Assembly (NCBI GenBank): GCA_040954595.2
Contig: CM082582.2
Span: forward strand, 10,221,483 to 10,285,482
Direction: 5' to 3'
Origin: Balanoglossus misakiensis
Taxonomy: Eukaryota > Animalia > Hemichordata
DNA: 64,000 nucleotides
Under the pieces are notes generated by a model, which saw only the letters and a list, made by a program, of their open reading frames with translations, searched no databases and had not been told where the DNA came from. Shown here piece after piece: positions 52,001 to 64,000 of this stretch (its first letter is position 1; every line of letters starts with the position of its first letter). Both the position numbers and the translations under genes were made by a program.

Positions 52001-53654
52001 ACTCCTTTGCACATTGGTCCATTGTCTTCGGCAATCATTAAAAGTCTCTTCTTACATTGTCACTTTTTCTCTCTCTCTGTCCATCATTTCTCTTTTCGTC
52101 GTTCCTTCTGTCTGTCTGCAGCCTGGATATGCAGACAACAGGCAGTAAGATACAGATACACACGATGAAGAACGGTGGATGCTGGAACAATGAGTGATGA
52201 TTGTCTGCTCATGGCAAAAGTCTTTTAAGCTTCCCGCTGGGCAGCGACAAAGCATACTGTTCTGTGTTCCAAAGTCATGGCAGTCAATCGAATTACTCGA
52301 AATCCAAGCGCGTGCACACACACACATACATGCTGCCTCTTCCATATCTTCCGATCACATCAGTGATCAAGTCTTTTGTGCATTTCCGACAGATGAAAAC
52401 GCTCACAAATTATTTATCATTACTGCTGGTGGTATTTTTTGATCTCCTCCTTCTTTGTGCTGTGAAGTCTTCTGAATTGTGTTCAACAGTTCGAACACAA
52501 GATGAAGTTGCCGGCGTGTACCTTAACGTCCATCGTGTCTGATAACCCAACACTGCGATACAACAGTCGCAACTTTTTTCCCCCGAACATGATACTGGTA
52601 CACATCTCCTGGTTCAAGTGAGCAGTGTCCGAGAATTTTTTTTCTTTAAGTCTTAAATATATCAATTTGAAGTCTGTAAATACACTCTTTTTCAAGATGA
52701 CTGTTGATAAAGTCTTTTTTTCTGTTTAAATATTACAACTAACAAATACATCACAGATCTCACATTATATCTAGTTTTTGATACTTGTAACAACACATGG
52801 GGCGGACACAAAACGCGTCTACGGTAAATTCCATGCCGCCCTAGGATGTGACAAGCCTCCAAATAATGGCACATATTTTTTTATATATTCATATATATAT
52901 AAAGCTGACGTACATCAACTATCCGACTAATATGGTTCTATGAATTAAATACTGAAAATTAAGTAAATAAAATGCACCTCGGCCAGCAACGTGCATATAC
53001 GAGACAGAAAGGCACACACACAAAAAGAATCAGTTGAACCTTACTACTTACTACTGATCAACGGAAACACGGTCAAGATGAAAAGTGTGTCTCTATGTCT
53101 CGATATTAAAGCGACACTGTCGTTGGCAATATACTGGCAGGTATTCAGTGTGACACTGTCAATGGCAACATACTGACCAGTATAGTAAATAAATATATCA
53201 AAAATAAGACCTTCAAAAGAAAGTGAGTGTCTACTACCCGCTGAAAGATACATCTTTCTATTCCTTGACATTTCACCGGTACTAAATTTTTTTTTTACGT
53301 ATTATCTTTTATCCACAACTGAATATGATGATTGATATAAGCTCTGTTGCATTCCACTCTAGGACTGCGTCTCACACACATACATGTAGACAAACACAGC
53401 AGGGTCTTCAATGCTGAAATGGCCTAACTATATCGTCTCCTCTGCAGACAGTCTGTTTTTATCCACTTTTTTCTGCACATACAACAAAACGTTTACATTG
53501 ATAGGATATATATTATATACATCGTTGATTTCCGCTACGCTCTTTTGCTCTCACTGTGTATAATAATACTGTTGTCTAAAAAAATACACATCACAGAGTC
53601 TGAAGATCGTTCAAGGGGTTGTCATTGTTTTGTGTTTTTTTTTGTTATCGGCTC

Positions 53655-62690
<9,036 letters not shown>

Positions 62691-64000
62691 TTACAGAGAT
62701 TCATGCTCAACAAATGCAAAACCTTAACTTGCTATACAGGCAACTTGATGATTTATGTATATATTATATACAGTAAAACCTGTCTAAACCAGACACCAAG
62801 GAGACTGAAGAAATTGCTTGCTTAGCAGGTGTCCGGTTTGTAGAGGTTCCTTTAACATGTGGTTCTATGAGAACGGCACTGAAAGAAATGCATTCACTAT
62901 AGACAGTTTTGGCAAAATTTGACTTCGGGGCAAACAAAAAAAAACTTGCAAAAGTGCAAGTGAAGCGAACACCGCAATTTCTGCACTGGTTTACCCAGCA
63001 GAGCAAGAAACACAATTTCCGGTGCTTCCCCCCCCCCCATCAAGGGAGATTTGTCAGGCTCCGGTATAAACATCCCTGGCAAGCGAGCTCATAAGCGCAT
63101 CATTAGCTCTCAAGAATCTGCCTGAAAAGCACTCCATTCTATCACCACGGAGAACATCACTTTGGAACTGACAAACAGCACTGAACTACAAGAAACAGAC
63201 GGTCACTGACCCTGACGCTGTAAAAGTGAGAGTTATTTTGACAATAAAGTGAATCGATCACGATGTTATTAGCTGTAGAATATGATCATCGCTGATAAAC
63301 CCTCTCTGATTAATATCATGCCACTTTCTATCACTCGATCGTCCGTTCAAAAAGATCTTTTTCATAATCGAAGTAAACAACATACATGTATTTGTAACGT
63401 TAACGGAGACAACTTGAAAGACTACATTTTGTATAAAAGCCAATAGCTTAATCGACAGGAAACACAAACTCTGCCTCAGGGAATATTTCCAGATTACAAG
63501 CACATAATCAGACCACAACGTTTTGCACAGAATATTGACACAAAACACGACAACTTGAAATGAAGTTTTTGTTTTGATATTAGCCCACCTGGGGGCGAAT
63601 GTAGGCTGTCTTCTTACAGTCAAAATACATTTCAAAGATGACATGGATAAAAAGTACATCCTTTTGTGAAAACACGGCTATTGATTGTGATTAAACGTCA
63701 CTCTGCATGGTGCAATGTCCTGGTCATATCAAATACACTAATCTACAACTATGCCATAGAAAACAGTGGATTTGGACCGAAACCCACACAACCAAGGCAA
63801 AAATATCAACAAGTCATCCCATATGGTACATGTACATGTACGCAAGCAATTATGGTGCTTGAGGAGGGACGCCATCAGAAATAGCCAACGTTTCCATTTG
63901 TGACCATATTTTGCTCTCGCAACAAAGGACCAATAGCTGTGATCCTGCTATTCTTCAGGCCAACATCTTCTCTCATTTGCTCTCTCCACAAAGGTGACGT

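Overview
Eukaryotic (metazoan, probably invertebrate deuterostome) genomic DNA with GT-AG spliced genes. No prokaryotic operons, CRISPR arrays, rRNA or tRNA were seen. In order: two tandem DUF4440/SnoaL-like (NTF2-fold) genes; two tandem intronless histamine H3/H4-like GPCRs; a head-to-head pair of polycystin-1-family (PKD1L2/L3/REJ-like) paralogues; then IST1, SLC35C2, CEP76 and the 3' part of CMIP. The polycystin pair is the highlight. Copy A (minus strand, about 2299 aa, 9 exons) is complete, with a C-type lectin and an 11-TM channel region, but lacks 12 consecutive introns found in copy B. Copy B (plus strand, about 2050 aa, 19 exons) has a different N-terminus and an unbroken frame through TM1-5, then stops just before the 6-TM TRP-like channel module, of which only a deleted remnant survives. 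The gene neighbourhood also resembles human PKD1L3-IST1 and PKD1L2-CMIP linkage (recalled from memory, not checked). All exon models were built by hand from splice signals and frame continuity, and the family calls rest on motif recognition, not database searches.
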